A stretch of 64,000 nt of DNA, from assembly GCA_964247055.1 (NCBI GenBank), contig OZ176057.1, positions 62,001-126,000 on the forward strand. The letters are read 5' to 3'. The translations under genes were made by a program, and so were the position numbers. Below the pieces are notes generated by a model. It did not search any database, was not told the DNA's origin, and worked only from the letters and a program-made list of their open reading frames with translations. This document shows, piece after piece, positions 24,950 to 37,900 of this stretch. Each line of letters begins with the position of its first letter. The first letter of the stretch is position 1. The stretch is from Paragordius varius. Taxonomy: Eukaryota; Animalia; Nematomorpha.

Positions 24950-25923
24950 TAAAACATGAAGATAGCGTGATGATGAATGCCCTTTAAACATTCAATGTAT
25001 AACGAGTGACTTTTTTGGCATATACACACATAGTATATGTTGTTAGCGAAATTTGAGTAATACCCTTGTCAGGCAATCTATTATGTTAAATTAAAAAAAT
25101 TACTTCTTGACGTCCCTTGATGATGACCTGACAACAAAAACTAATGAAACATTTATCGATCACAGACAGCCCTTATATTGTTGTGTGATTAACTTTTAGG
25201 CCTATAATAATTCTTTATAAAGACATGTATAATAGTATAATATTTTTCCATTTATTAATATTTTAAAAAATCCATACTTCTGCCCAATCTAATTTATTAT
25301 TCTGAATATCATATGTTATATAATATTATAGCCAATTTAAAGAAATAGAATATTCAATTGTCATGTAAATATGAGAGCCCTAAAGTAGGTAGATATCAAG
25401 CAAAAAGTTTTAAAAATATTTCCCAAAAATTAGGCTATTATAAGTTATCATCTTGGATATAGGGTAATACTTTGAAATGAATTTATAGCATTTTTTATTC
25501 ATTATTGAGCGAAATTTAGAGTAATTTACACTGCAAAGACAACGTGTAAAAATTAAATATTTTTTTAAAAAAATTGACCATATCTTCTCTTAATTCCCTT
25601 TAAATTTAAGTCATCTCTTTATGGGAAACGGGGATTTATTTAATTATATGACTTTTGCAATTATATGATTTATGTAGGAAATATCTTATATGGCGTAACT
25701 ATTCATACGAAATAGCTAAAACAACGATATCTAGGTTATGAAAAGTATGGTTGTTTTTTAAAAAAAATTTGACTTTTAGTTTTAATGCTTTGACTGTCAA
25801 ATGTTTGGTATAATAAGATTTTTGATCTAGTTAAAAATTGTTGTAAGCATGAGCTTCTATAACTTGCGCAACAATCATTCTATTAAATTTAATGTTTTTT
25901 AAATTTTGACAATAAATCACCTT

Positions 25924-28900
25924 CATCCATCCTAATACTGAAACGTCGCGGTTTCGGTGACGGATGGATGTAAACCGAATATACGAATATCCATTAAGAC
26001 AGGTGCATCAATCAGGTCCAAGTCTTACAAAAAACCGTCCGGCAAAATATGTTCAAATTGGTTCTAAGCCAAATCCACTAACATTCTTAACTCCATCTAT
26101 CCTAATACTGAAAAGGGGTGGTTTCGGTGGCGGATGGATGTAAACTCAATATAAAATAATCCATTAAGACAGTTGCTTCAATCAGGTCCAAGTCTTACAA
26201 AAAACCGTCCGGCAAAATCTGTTTCAAAATGGTTCTCAGCCAACTCTTAACTCCATCTATCCTAATACTGAAAAGGGGTGGTTTCGGTGGCGGATGGATG
26301 TAAACTCAATATACGATAATGCATTAAAACAGTTGCATCAATCAGGTCCAAGTCTTACAAAAAACCGTCCGGCAAAATCTGTTCAAATTGGTTCTCAGCC
26401 AAATCAACCACCATTCTTAACTCCATCTATCCTAATACTGAAAAGGCATGGTTTCGGTGGCGGATGGATGTAAACTCAATATACGAATATCCATTAGGAC
26501 AGTTGCATCAATCAGTCCAAGTCTTACAAAAAACAGTCCGGCAAAATCTGTTCAAATTGGTTCTCAGCCAAATCAACCACCATTCTTAACTCCATCTATC
26601 CTAATACTGAAAAGGGGTGGTTTCGGTGGCGGATGGATGTAAACTCAATATACGAATATCCATTAAGACAGTTGCATCAATCAGGTCCAAGTCTTACAAA
26701 AAACCGTCCGGCAAAATCTGTTCAAATTGGTTCTCAGCCAATCAACCAACCTTCTTAACTCCATCTATCCTAATACTGAAAAGGGGTGGTTTCGGTGGCG
26801 GATGGATGTAAACTCAATATACGAATATCCAATAAGACCGTTGCATCAATCAGGTCCAAGTCTTACAAAAAACCGTCCGGCAAAATCTGTTTCAAATTGG
26901 GGCTCAGCCAATCAACCAACCTTCTTAACTCCATCTATCCTAATACTGAAAAGGGGTGGTTTCGGTGGCGGATGGATGTAAACTCAATATACAAATATCC
27001 ATTAAGACCGTTGCATCAATCAGGTCCAAATCTTACAAAAAACCGTCCGGCAAAATCTGTTCAAATTGGTTCTCAGCCAATCAACCAACCTTCTTAACTC
27101 CATCTATCCTAATACTGAAAAGGGGTGGTTTCGGTGGAGGATGGATGTAAACTCAATATACGAATATCCATTAAGACAGGTGCATCAATCAGGTCCAAGT
27201 CTTACAAAAAACCGTCCGGGAAAATATGTTCAAATTGGTTCTAAGCCAAATCCACTAACATTCTTAACTCCATCTATCCTAATACTGAAAAGGGGTGGTT
27301 TCGGTGGCGGATGGATGTAAACTCAATATAAAATAATCCATTAAGACAGTTGCTTCAATCAGGTCCAAGTCTTACAAAAAACCGTCCGGCAAAATCTGTT
27401 TCAAAATGGTTCTTTGCCAACTCTTAACTCCATCTATCCTAATACTGAAAAGGGGTGGTTTCGGTGGCGGATGGATGTAAACTCAATATACGATAATGCA
27501 TTAAAACAGTTGCATCAATCAGGTCCAAGTCTTACAAAAAACCGTCCGGCAAAATCTGTTCAAATTGGTTCTCAGCCAAATCAACCACCATTCTTAACTC
27601 CATCTATCCTAATACTGAAAAGGCATGGTTTCGGTGGCGGATGGATGTAAACTCAATATACGAATATCCATTAGGACAGTTGCATCAATCAGTCCAAGTC
27701 TTACAAAAAACAGTCCGGCAAAATCTGTTCAAATTGGTTCTCAGCCAAATCAACCACCATTCTTAACTCCATCTATCCTAATACTGAAAAGGGGTGGTTT
27801 CGGTGGCGGATGGATGTAAACTCAATATACGAATATCCATTAAGACAGTTGCATCAATCAGGTCCAAGTCTTACAAAAAACCGTCCGGCAAAATCTGTTC
27901 AAATTGGTTCTCAGCCAATCAACCAACCTTCTTAACTCCATCTATCCTAATACTGAAAAGGGGTGGTTTCGGTGGCGGATGGATGTAAACTCAATATACG
28001 AATATCCAATAAGACCGTTGCATCAATCAGGTCCAAGTCTTACAAAAAACCGTCCGGCAAAATCTGTTTCAAATTGGGGCTCAGCCAATCAACCAACCTT
28101 CTTAACTCCATCTATCCTAATACTGAAAAGGGGTGGTTTCGGTGGCGGATGGATGTAAACTCAATATACAAATATCCATTAAGACCGTTGCATCAATCAG
28201 GTCCAAATCTTACAAAAAACCGTCCGGCAAAATCTGTTCAAATTGGTTCTCAGCCAATCAACCAACCTTCTTAACTCCATCTATCCTAATACTGAAAAGG
28301 GGTGGTTTCGGTGGAGGATGGATGTAAACTCAATATACGAATATCCATTAAGACAGGTGCATCAATCAGGTCCAAGTCTTACAAAAAACCGTCCGGGAAA
28401 ATATGTTCAAATTGGTTCTAAGCCAAATCCACTAACATTCTTAACTCCATCTATCCTAATACTGAAAAGAGGTGGTTTCGGTGGCGGATGGATGTAAACT
28501 CAATATACGATAATCCATTAAGACAGTTGCTTCAATCAAATCCAAGTCTAACAAAAAACCGTCCGGCAAAATATGTTCAAATTGGTTCTAAGCCAAATCC
28601 ACTAACATTCTTAACTCCATCTATCCTAATACTGAAAAGGGGTGGTTTCGGTGGCGGATGGATGTAAACTCAATATACGAATATCCATTAAGACAGTTGC
28701 ATCAATCAGGTCCAAGTCTTACAAAAAACCGTCCGGCAAAATCTGTTCAAATTGGTTCTCAGCCAATCAACCAACCTTCTTAACTCCATCTATCCTAATA
28801 CTGAAAAGGGGTGGTTTCGGTGGCGGATGGATGTAAACTCAATATACAAATATCCATTAAGACCGTTGCATCAATCAGGTCCAAATCTTACAAAAAACCG

Positions 28901-31900
28901 TCCGGCAAAATCTGTTCAAATTGGTTCTCAGCCAATCAACCAACCTTCTTAACTCCATCTATCCTAATACTGAAAAGGGGTGGTTTCGGTGGAGGATGGA
29001 TGTAAACTCAATATACGAATATCCATTAAGACAGGTGCATCAATCAGGTCCAAGTCTTACAAAAAACCGTCCGGGAAAATATGTTCAAATTGGTTCTAAG
29101 CCAAATCCACTAACATTCTTAACTCCATCTATCCTAATACTGAAAAGGGGTGGTTTCGGTGGCGGATGGATGTAAACTCAATATAAAATAATCCATTAAG
29201 ACAGTTGCTTCAATCAGGTCCAAGTCTTACAAAAAACCGTCCGGCAAAATCTGTTTCAAAATGGTTCTCAGCCAACTCTTAACTCCATCTATCCTAATAC
29301 TGAAAAGGGGTGGTTTCGGTGGCGGATGGATGTAAACTCAATATACGATAATGCATTAAAACAGTTGCTTCAATCAAATCCAAGTCTAACAAAAAACCGT
29401 CCGGCAAAATATGTTCAAATTGGTTCTAAGCCAAATCCACTAACATTCTTAACTCCATCTATCCTAATACTGAAAAGGGGTGGTTTCGGTGGCGGATGGA
29501 TGTAAACTCAATATACGAATATCCATTAAGACAGTTGCATCAATCAGGTCCAAGTCTTACAAAAAACCGTCCGGCAAAATCTGTTCAAATTGGTTCTCAG
29601 CCAATCAACCAACCTTCTTAACTCCATCTATCCTAATACTGAAAAGGGGTGGTTTCGGTGGCGGATGGATGTAAACTCAATATACAAATATCCATTAAGA
29701 CCGTTGCATCAATCAGGTCCAAATCTTACAAAAAACCGTCCGGCAAAATCTGTTCAAATTGGTTCTCAGCCAATCAACCAACCTTCTTAACTCCATCTAT
29801 CCTAATACTGAAAAGGGGTGGTTTCGGTGGAGGATGGATGTAAACTCAATATACGAATATCCATTAAGACAGGTGCATCAATCAGGTCCAAGTCTTACAA
29901 AAAACCGTCCGGGAAAATATGTTCAAATTGGTTCTAAGCCAAATCCACTAACATTCTTAACTCCATCTATCCTAATACTGAAAAGGGGTGGTTTCGGTGG
30001 CGGATGGATGTAAACTCAATATAAAATAATCCATTAAGACAGTTGCTTCAATCAGGTCCAAGTCTTACAAAAAACCGTCCGGCAAAATCTGTTTCAAAAT
30101 GGTTCTCAGCCAACTCTTAACTCCATCTATCCTAATACTGAAAAGGGGTGGTTTCGGTGGCGGATGGATGTAAACTCAATATACGATAATGCATTAAAAC
30201 AGTTGCATCAATCAGGTCCAAGTCTTACAAAAAACCGTCCGGCAAAATCTGTTCAAATTGGTTCTCAGCCAAATCAACCACCATTCTTAACTCCATCTAT
30301 CCTAATACTGAAAAGGCATGGTTTCGGTGGCGGATGGATGTAAACTCAATATACGAATATCCATTAGGACAGTTGCATCAATCAGTCCAAGTCTTACAAA
30401 AAACAGTCCGGCAAAATCTGTTCAAATTGGTTCTCAGCCAAATCAACCACCATTCTTAACTCCATCTATCCTAATACTGAAAAGGGGTGGTTTCGGTGGC
30501 GGATGGATGTAAACTCAATATACGAATATCCATTAAGACAGTTGCATCAATCAGGTCCAAGTCTTACAAAAAACCGTCCGGCAAAATCTGTTCAAATTGG
30601 TTCTCAGCCAATCAACCAACCTTCTTAACTCCATCTATCCTAATACTGAAAAGGGGTGGTTTCGGTGGCGGATGGATGTAAACTCAATATACGAATATCC
30701 AATAAGACCGTTGCATCAATCAGGTCCAAGTCTTACAAAAAACCGTCCGGCAAAATCTGTTTCAAATTGGGGCTCAGCCAATCAACCAACCTTCTTAACT
30801 CCATCTATCCTAATACTGAAAAGGGGTGGTTTCGGTGGCGGATGGATGTAAACTCAATATACAAATATCCATTAAGACCGTTGCATCAATCAGGTCCAAA
30901 TCTTACAAAAAACCGTCCGGCAAAATCTGTTCAAATTGGTTCTCAGCCAATCAACCAACCTTCTTAACTCCATCTATCCTAATACTGAAAAGGGGTGGTT
31001 TCGGTGGAGGATGGATGTAAACTCAATATACGAATATCCATTAAGACAGGTGCATCAATCAGGTCCAAGTCTTACAAAAAACCGTCCGGGAAAATATGTT
31101 CAAATTGGTTCTAAGCCAAATCCACTAACATTCTTAACTCCATCTATCCTAATACTGAAAAGAGGTGGTTTCGGTGGCGGATGGATGTAAACTCAATATA
31201 CGATAATCCATTAAGACAGTTGCTTCAATCAAATCCAAGTCTAACAAAAAACCGTCCGGCAAAATATGTTCAAATTGGTTCTAAGCCAAATCCACTAACA
31301 TTCTTAACTCCATCTATCCTAATACTGAAAAGGGGTGGTTTCGGTGGCGGATGGATGTAAACTCAATATACGAATATCCATTAAGACAGTTGCATCAATC
31401 AGGTCCAAGTCTTACAAAAAACCGTCCGGCAAAATCTGTTCAAATTGGTTCTCAGCCAATCAACCAACCTTCTTAACTCCATCTATCCTAATACTGAAAA
31501 GGGGTGGTTTCGGTGGCGGATGGATGTAAACTCAATATACAAATATCCATTAAGACCGTTGCATCAATCAGGTCCATCCATATCTTACAAAAAACCGTCC
31601 GGCAAAATCTGTTTCAAATTGGTTCTCAGCCAATCAACCAACCTTTTTAACTCCATCTATCCTAATACTGAAAAGGGGTGGTTTCGGTGGCTGATGGATG
31701 TAAACTCAATATACGAATATCCATTAAGACAGTTGCATCAATCAGGTCCAAGTCTTACAAAAAACCGTCCGGCAAAATCTGTTCAAATTGGTTCTCAGCC
31801 AAATCAACCACCATTCTTAACTCCATCTATTCTAATACTGAAAAGGGGTTGTTTCGGTGGCGGATGGATGTAAACTCATTATACAAATATCCATTAAGAC

Positions 31901-34900
31901 CGTTGCATCAATCAGGTCCAAATCTTACAAAAAACCGTCCGGCAAAATCTGTTCAAATTGGTTCTCAGCGAATCAACCACCATTCTTAACTCCATCTATC
32001 CTAATACTGAAAAGGGGTAGTTTCGGTGGCGGATGGATTTCAATATACGAATATCCATTAAGACCGTTGCATCAATCAGGTCCAAATCTTACAAAAAACC
32101 GTCCGGCAAAATCTGTTGAAATTGGTTCTCAGCCAATCAACCAACCTTCTTAACTCCATCTATCCTAATACTGAAAAGGGGTGGTTTCGGTGGCGGATAT
32201 GTAAACTCAATATACGAATATCCATTAAGACAGTTGCATCAATCAGGTCCAAGTCTTACAAAAAACCGTCCGGCAAAATCTGTTCAAATTGGTTCTCAGC
32301 CAATCAACCAACCTTCTTAACTCCATCTATCCTAATACTGAAAAGGGGTGGTTTCGGTGGCGGATGGATGTAAACTCAATATACGAATATCCAATAAGAC
32401 CGTTGCATCAATCAGGTTTAAGTCTTACAAAAAACCGTCCGGCAAAATCTGTTTCAAATTGGTTCTCAGAGAACTCAACCAACATTCTTAACTCCATCTA
32501 TCCTAATACTGAAAAGGGGTGGTTTCGGTGGCGGATGGATGTAAACTCAATATACGAATATCCATTAAGACAGGTGCATCAATCAGGTCCAAGTCTTACA
32601 AAAAACCGTCCGGCAAAATATGTTCAAATTGGTTCTAAGCCAAATCCACTAACATTCTTAACTCCATCTATCCTAATACTGAAAAGGGGTGGTTTCGGTG
32701 GCGGATGGATGTAAACTCAATATACGATAATCCATTAAGACAGTTGCTTCAATCAGGTCCAAGTCTTACAAAAAACCGTCCGGCAAAATCTGTTTCAAAT
32801 TGGGGCTCAGCCAATCAACCAACCTTCTTAACTCCATCTATCCTAATACTGAAAAGGGGTGGTTTCGGTGGCGGATGGATGTAAACTCAATATACAAATA
32901 TCCATTAAGACCGTTGCATCAATCAGGTCCAAATCTTACAAAAAACCGTCCGGCAAAATCTGTTCAAATTGGTTCTCAGCCAATCAACCAACCTTCTTAA
33001 CTCCATCTATCCTAATACTGAAAAGGGGTGGTTTCGGTGGCGGATGGATGTAAACTCAATATACGAATATCCATTAAGACAGGTGCATCAATCAGGTCCA
33101 AGTCTTACAAAAAACCGTCCGGCAAAATATGTTCAAATTGGTTCTAAGCCAAATCCACTAACATTCTTAACTCCATCTATCCTAATACTGAAAAGGGGTG
33201 GTTTCGGTGGCGGATGGATGTAAACTCAATATACGATAATCCATTAAGACAGTTGCTTCAATCAAATCCAAGTCTAACAAAAAACCGTCCGGCAAAATAT
33301 GTTCAAATTGGTTCTAAGCCAAATCCACTAACATTCTTAACTCCATCTATCCTAATACTGAAAAGGGGTGGTTTCGGTGGCGGATGGATGTAAACCCAAT
33401 ATACGAATATCCATTAAGACAGTTGCATCAATCAGGTCCAAGTCTTACAAAAAACCGTCCGGCAAAATCTGTTCAAATTGGTTCTCAGCCAATCAACCAA
33501 CCTTCTTAACTCCATCTATCCTAATACTGAAAAGGGGTGGTTTCGGTGGCGGATGGATGTAAACTCAATATACAAATATCCATTAAGACCGTTGCATCAA
33601 TCAGGTCCATCCATATCTTACAAAAAACCGTCCGGCAAAATCTGTTTCAAATTGGTTCTCAGCCAATCAACCAACCTTCTTAACTCCATCTATCCTAATA
33701 CTGAAAAGGGGTGGTTTCGGTGGCGGATGGATGTAAACTCAATATACGAATATCCATTAAGACAGTTGCATCAATCAGGTCCAAGTCTTACAAAAAACCG
33801 TCCGGCAAAATCTGTTCAAATTGGTTCTCAGCCAAATCAACCAACCTTCCTAACTCCATCTATCCTAATACTGAAAAGGGGTGGTTTCGGTGGCGGATGG
33901 ATGTAAACTCAATATACGAATATCCAATAAGACCGTTGCATCAATCAGGTCCAAGTCTTACAAAAAACCGTCCGGCAAAATCTGTTTCAAATTGGTTCTC
34001 AGCCAACTCAACCAACATTCTTAACTCCATCTATCCCAATACTGAAAAGGGGTGGTTTCGGTGGCGGATGGATGTAAACTCAATATACGATAATGCAATA
34101 AAACAGTTGCATCAATCAGGTCCAAGTCTTACAAAAAACCGTCCGGCAAAATCTGTTCAAATTGGTTCTCAGCCAATCAACCAACCTTCTTAACTCCATC
34201 TATCCTAATACTGAAAAGGGGTGGTTTCGGTGGCGGATGGATGTAAACTCAATATACGAATATCCATTAGTTGCATCAATCAGGTCCAAGTCTTACAAAA
34301 AACCGGCCGGCGAAATCTGTTCAAATTGTTTCTCAGCCAAATCAACCACCATTCTTAACTCCATCTATCCTAATACTGAAAAGGGGTGGTTTCGGTGGCG
34401 GATGGATGTAAACTCAATATACGAATATCCATTAAGACAGTTGCATCAATCAGGTCCAAGTCTTACAAAAAACCGTCCGGCAAAATCTGTTCAAATTGGT
34501 TCTCAGCCAATCAACCAACCTTCTTAACTCCATCTATCCTAATACTGAAAAGGGGTGGTTTCGGTGGCGGATGGATGTAAACTCAATATACGAATATCCA
34601 TTAAGACAGTTGCATCAATCAGGTCCAAGTCTTACAAAAAACCGTCCGGCAAAATCTGTTCAAATTGGTTCTCAGCCAAATCAACCAACCTTCCTAACTC
34701 CATCTATCCTAATACTGAAAAGGGGTGGTTTCGGTGGCGGATGGATGTAAACTCATACGAATATCCATTAGGACAGTTGCATCAATCAGGTCCAAGTCTT
34801 ACAAAAAACAGTCCGGCAAAATCTGTTAAAATTGGTTCTCAGCCAAATCAACCACCATTCTTAACTCCATCTATCCTAATACTGAAAAGGGGTGGTTTCG

Positions 34901-37900
34901 GTGGCGGATGGATGTAAACTCAATATACGAATATCCATTAAGACAGTTGCATCAATCAGGTCCAAGTCTTACAAAAAACCGTCCGGCAAAATCTGTTCAA
35001 ATTGGTTCTCAGCCAATCAACCAACCCTCTTAACTCCATCTATCCTAATACTGAAAAGGGGTGGTTTCGGTGGCGGATGGATGTAAACTCAATATACGAA
35101 TATCCAATAAGACCGTTGCATCAATCAGGTCCAAGTCTTACAAAAAACCGTCCGGCAAAATATGTCAAATTCGTTCTAAGCCAAATCCACTAACATTCTT
35201 AACTCCATCTATCCTAATACTGAAAAGGGGTGGTTTCGGTGGCGGATGGATGTAAACTCAATATACGAATATCCATTAAGACAGTTGCATCAATCAGGTC
35301 CAAGTCTTACAAAAAATCGTCCGGCAAAATCTGTACAAATTGGTTCTCCTCCAAATCAAAAAATCTTCCTAACTCCATCTATCCTAATACTGAAACGGGG
35401 TGGTTTCGGTGGCGGATGGATGTAAACTCAATATACGACTATCCATTAAGACCGTTGCATCAATCAGGTCCAAGTCTTACAAAAAACCGTCCGGCAAAAT
35501 CTGTTCAAATTATTTCTCAGCCAAATCAACCACCATTCTTAACTCCATCTATCCTAATACTGAAAAGGGGTGGTTTCGGCGGATGGATGTAAACTCAATA
35601 TACGAATATCCATTAAGACCGTTGCATCAATCACGTCCAAGTCTTACAAAAAACCGTCCGGCAAAATCTGTTCAAATTGGTTCTCAGCCAAATCAACCAA
35701 CCTTCCTAACTCCATCTATCCTAATACTGAAAAGGGGTGGTTTCGGTGGCGGATGAATATAAACTTAATATACGAATATCCATTAAGACTGTTGCATCAA
35801 TCAGGTCCAAGTCTTACAAAAAACCGTCCGGCAAAATCTGTTCAAATTGGTTCTCAGCCAATCAACCAACCTTCTTAACTCCATCTATCCTAATACTGAA
35901 AAGGGGTGGTTTCGGTGGCGGATGGATGTAAACTCAATATACGAATATCCATTAGTTGCATCAATCAGGTCCAAGTCTTACAAAAAACCGTCCGGCAAAA
36001 TCTGTTCAAATTGGTTCTCAGCCAATCAACCAACCTTCTTAACTCCATCTATCCTAATACTGAAAAGGAGTGGTTTCGGTGGCGGATGGATGTAAACTCA
36101 ATATACGAATATCCATTAAGACAGTTGCATCAATCAGGTCCAAGTCTTACAAAAAACCGTCCGGCAAAATCTGTTCAAATTGGTTCTCAGCCAATCAACC
36201 AACCTTCTTAACTCCATCTATCCTAATACTGAAAAGGGGTGGTTTCGGTGGCGGATGGATGTAAACTCAATATACAAATATCCATTAAGACCGTTGCATC
36301 AATCAGGTCCATCCATATCTTACAAAAAACCGTCCGGCAAAATCTGTTCAAATTGGTTCTTAGCCATATCAACCACCAATCTTAACTCCATCTATCCTAA
36401 TACTGAAAAGGGGTGGTTTCGGTGGCGGATGGATGTAAACTCAATATACGAATATCCATTAAGACAGTTGCATCAATCAGGTCCAAGTCTTACAAAAAAC
36501 CGTCCGGCAAAATCTGTTCAAATTGGTTCTCAGCCAAATCAACCACCATTCTTAACTCCATCTATCCTAATACTGAAAAGGGGTTGTTTCGGTGGCGGAT
36601 GGATGTAAACTCAATATACAAATATCCATTAAGACCGTTGCATCAATCAGGTCCAAATCTTACCGTCCGGCAAAATCTGTTCAAATTGGTTCTCAGCGAA
36701 TCAACCACCATTCTTAACTCCATCTATCCTAATACTGAAAAGGGGTAGTTTCGGTGGCGGATGGATGTAAACTCAATATACGAATATCCATTAAGACCGT
36801 TGCATCAATCAGGTCCAAATCTTACAAAAAACCGTCCGGCAAAATCTGTTCAAATTGGTTCTCAGCCAATCAACCAACCTTCTTAACTCCATCTATCCTA
36901 ATACTGAAAAGGGGTGGTTTGGGTGGCGGATATTTAAACTCAATATACGAATATCCAATAAGACCGTTGCATCAATCAGGTTTAAGTCTTACAAAAAACC
37001 GTCCGGCAAAATCTGTTTCAAATTGGTTCTCAGCCAACTCAACCAACATTCTTAACTCCATCTATCCTAATACTGAAAAGGGGTGGTTTCGGTGGCGGAT
37101 GGATGTAAACTCAATATACGATAATGCAATAAAACAGTTGCATCAATCAGGTCCAAGTCTTACAAAAAACCGTCCGGCAAAATCTGTTCAAATTGGTTCT
37201 CAGCCAATCAACCAACCTTCTTAACTCCATCTATCCTAATACTGAAAAGGGGTGGTTTCGGTGGCGGATGGATGTAAACTCAATATACGAATATCCATTA
37301 GTTGCATCAATCAGGTCCAAGTCTTACAAAAAACCGGCCGGCGAAATCTGTTCAAATTGTTTCTCAGCCAAATCAACCACCATTCTTAACTCCATCTATC
37401 CTAATACTGAAAAGGGGTGGTTTCGGTGGCGGATGGATGTAAACTCAATATACGAATATCCATTAAGACAGTTGCATCAATCAGGTCCAAGTCTTACAAA
37501 AAACCGTCCGGCAAAATCTGTTCAAATTGGTTCTCAGCCAATCAACCAACCTTCTTAACTCCATCTATCCTAATACTGAAAAGGGGTGGTTTCGGTGGCG
37601 GATGGATGTAAACTCAATATACGAATATCCATTAAGACAGTTGCATCAATCAGGTCCAAGTCTTACAAAAAACCGTCCGGCAAAATCTGTTCAAATTGGT
37701 TCTCAGCCAAATCAACCAACCTTCCTAACTCCATCTATCCTAATACTGAAAAGGGGTGGTTTCGGTGGCGGATGGATGTAAACTCAATATACGAATATCC
37801 ATTAGGACAGTTGCATCAATCAGGTCCAAGTCTTACAAAAAACAGTCCGGCAAAATCTGTTCAAATTGGTTCTCAGCCAAATCAACCACCATTCTTAACT

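Noticed and set aside
26120-26140. CENP-B box (TTTCGGTGGCGGATGGA)
   Set aside because: Only 6 of the 9 core positions of NTTCGNNNNANNCGGGN match.
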